Below, piece after piece: positions 16,345 through 17,798 of a DNA stretch of 17,798 nt (position 1 is its first letter; the number at the start of each line of letters is the position of its first letter). The translations under genes were made by a program, and so were the position numbers. Under the pieces are notes generated by a model. That model was not told the DNA's origin and did not search any database. It worked only from the letters and a program-made list of their open reading frames with translations. Source of the DNA: Sandaracinaceae bacterium (GTDB lineage Bacteria > Myxococcota_A > Polyangia > Polyangiales > Sandaracinaceae); the NCBI GenBank assembly GCA_044220955.1, contig JBGAQA010000121.1:244-18041 (forward strand), in the 5' to 3' direction.

Positions 16345-16358
16345 GAGAGGGCCCTCTC
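16345..16358. other. Perfect 14-bp palindrome downstream of the aldehyde dehydrogenase gene
   Basis: gagagggccctctc, 14 nt past the ALDH stop and ~50 nt upstream of the next start. Confidence 0.45.
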
Positions 16359-16372
16359 CCTTCCGCCGCCTC

Positions 16373-17791
16373 TCAGCCCGAGCGGATGACGAGCATGCGC
16401 GGCTCGGTCATCTCTTCCATCGCGAACCTCACGCCCTCGCGTCCCTGGCCGCTGTTCTTCACGCCGCCGTAGGGCATGTTGTCGACGCGGAAGCTCGGCA
16501 CGTCGTTGATCACGACGCCGCCGACGTCGAGCACGTCCCACGCGCGCATCGCGCGGCGCAGGTCGTGCGTGAAGATCCCGCACTGGAGGCCGAAGTCGCT
16601 GTCGTTCGCCTCGGCGAGCGCCGCGTCGAAGTCGTCCCACGCGGAGAGCGTCGCGACCGGGCCGAAGACCTCCTTGCGGACGAGGTCGCACGTCTTCGGG
16701 GGATCCTCGACGATCGTCGCTTCCACCATGGAGCCGACGCGCGCGCCCCCGCAGAGGAGCTTGCCGCCGCCCGCGAGCGCCTCGCGGACCCAGCGCTCGA
16801 TGCGCAGCGCCTCCTTCTCGCTGATCACCGGCCCGACGAACGTCGCCTCGTCCTTGGGGTCGCCCATCACGAGCTCCTTCGTCGCCGCGACGAGCTTCTC
16901 GCGCAGCGCGTCGACCACGGAGCGGTGCGCGAGGATGCGCTGCACGCTGATGCAGCTCTGGCCCGACTGATAGAAGGCGCCGAAGATCAGGCGCGCGACG
17001 ACGTCGTCGAGGTCGACGCCCTGATCGACGATGCACGCGGCGTTGCCCCCGAGCTCGAGCAAGACGCGCTTCTTGCCGGCGCGCGCCTTGAGGTCCCAGC
17101 CGACGGGCGGCGAGCCGGTGAAGGAGAGCAGCGCGATGCGTGGATCGGTCGCGAACACGTCCGCGTCCTCGCGGCGGCACGGGAGGATCGAGAACGCGCC
17201 CTTCGGCAGCGACGTCTCCGCCAGGATCTCGCCCAGGACGAGCGCGCCGAGGGGCGTCAGGCTCGCGGGCTTCACGACGAAGGGGCAGCCGACCGCGAGT
17301 GCGGGCGCGATCTTGTGGGCGACGAGGTTGAGCGGGAAGTTGAAGGGCGTGACGAACGAGCACACGCCGATCGGCACGCGCTTCCACATGCCGGTGTAGG
17401 CGCGCGAGCGCGCGGCGATGTCGAGGGGCAGGATCTCGCCCTTGATGCGGACGGACTCTTCGGCCGCGATCTTGAAGGTGTCGATCAGGCGCCCGACCTC
17501 GCCGCGCGCGTCCTTGATGGGCTTGCCCGCCTCGACGGAGAGCGAGCGGGCGAGCTCGTCGGAGCGCTCGCGGAAGCGCCTCACGCAGTGCTCGAGCACG
17601 GCCTGCCGCTCGTAGGCGGCCATCGCGCGCATCGGCTCGCGGGCGTGGGAGGCGGCCTCGATCGCGCGGTCGATCGCGGCGCGGTCGGCCAGGCAGACCT
17701 CGGCCGAGACCTCGCCGCTGTACTTGTCGACGACGTCGAGCGTCGCGGGGCTTCTCGTGGGGACGCCGGCGAGGAAGAAGGGGCGGGGCAT
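16373..17791 (-). CDS. Aldehyde dehydrogenase (NAD(P)+-dependent)
   Basis: TPFNFPLNL, VVKPAS, SFTGS, LELGGN, GQSCISVQ (catalytic Cys), EVFGP and PYGGVKNSGQGREG. The start is close to the window edge. Confidence 0.96.
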   Translation of the reverse strand: MPRPFFLAGVPTRSPATLDVVDKYSGEVSAEVCLADRAAIDRAIEAASHAREPMRAMAAYERQAVLEHCVRRFRERSDELARSLSVEAGKPIKDARGEVGRLIDTFKIAAEESVRIKGEILPLDIAARSRAYTGMWKRVPIGVCSFVTPFNFPLNLVAHKIAPALAVGCPFVVKPASLTPLGALVLGEILAETSLPKGAFSILPCRREDADVFATDPRIALLSFTGSPPVGWDLKARAGKKRVLLELGGNAACIVDQGVDLDDVVARLIFGAFYQSGQSCISVQRILAHRSVVDALREKLVAATKELVMGDPKDEATFVGPVISEKEALRIERWVREALAGGGKLLCGGARVGSMVEATIVEDPPKTCDLVRKEVFGPVATLSAWDDFDAALAEANDSDFGLQCGIFTHDLRRAMRAWDVLDVGGVVINDVPSFRVDNMPYGGVKNSGQGREGVRFAMEEMTEPRMLVIRSG

Positions 17792-17798
17792 GGGGTGG

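Noticed and set aside
12997..17387. Track ORFs of 1081 aa and 945 aa read as giant fusion or overlapping proteins
   Set aside because: Their N-terminal parts are off-frame read-through of neighbouring genes. Lipoprotein signal peptides mark the real starts at 14550 and 16292/16277.

Overview
Very GC-rich bacterial chromosomal DNA whose gene style (many lipoproteins with 'DAG' low-complexity stalks and Cys-rich repeats) suggests Myxococcota such as Sandaracinaceae/Polyangiaceae (inference). From left to right: an AddB-like PD-(D/E)XK nuclease gene that runs off the left edge and is missing from the ORF track, coupled to a DAACS dicarboxylate/amino-acid symporter; a divergent MatB/ACSF3-like acyl-CoA synthetase; a beta-propeller lipoprotein; an Ig-like lipoprotein; a ~460-bp patch of gene debris (a frameshifted ParE-toxin remnant fused to an unrelated N-terminus, plus another coding fragment); an amidase; an intact PIN/VapC toxin with a frameshifted antitoxin; four co-oriented exported-protein genes (NlpC/P60-like peptidase, discoidin-like lipoprotein, clan GH-A glycoside hydrolase, Cys-repeat lipoprotein); and an aldehyde dehydrogenase. 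The most notable observations are reading-frame breaks confined to toxin-antitoxin genes, a recurrent -10-like hexamer 6-9 nt before start codons that lack a clear Shine-Dalgarno sequence (likely leaderless mRNAs), and the uncharacterised glycoside hydrolase/Cys-repeat gene pair. No RNA genes, CRISPR arrays or transposases were seen. I found no clear new multi-gene system, only candidates.
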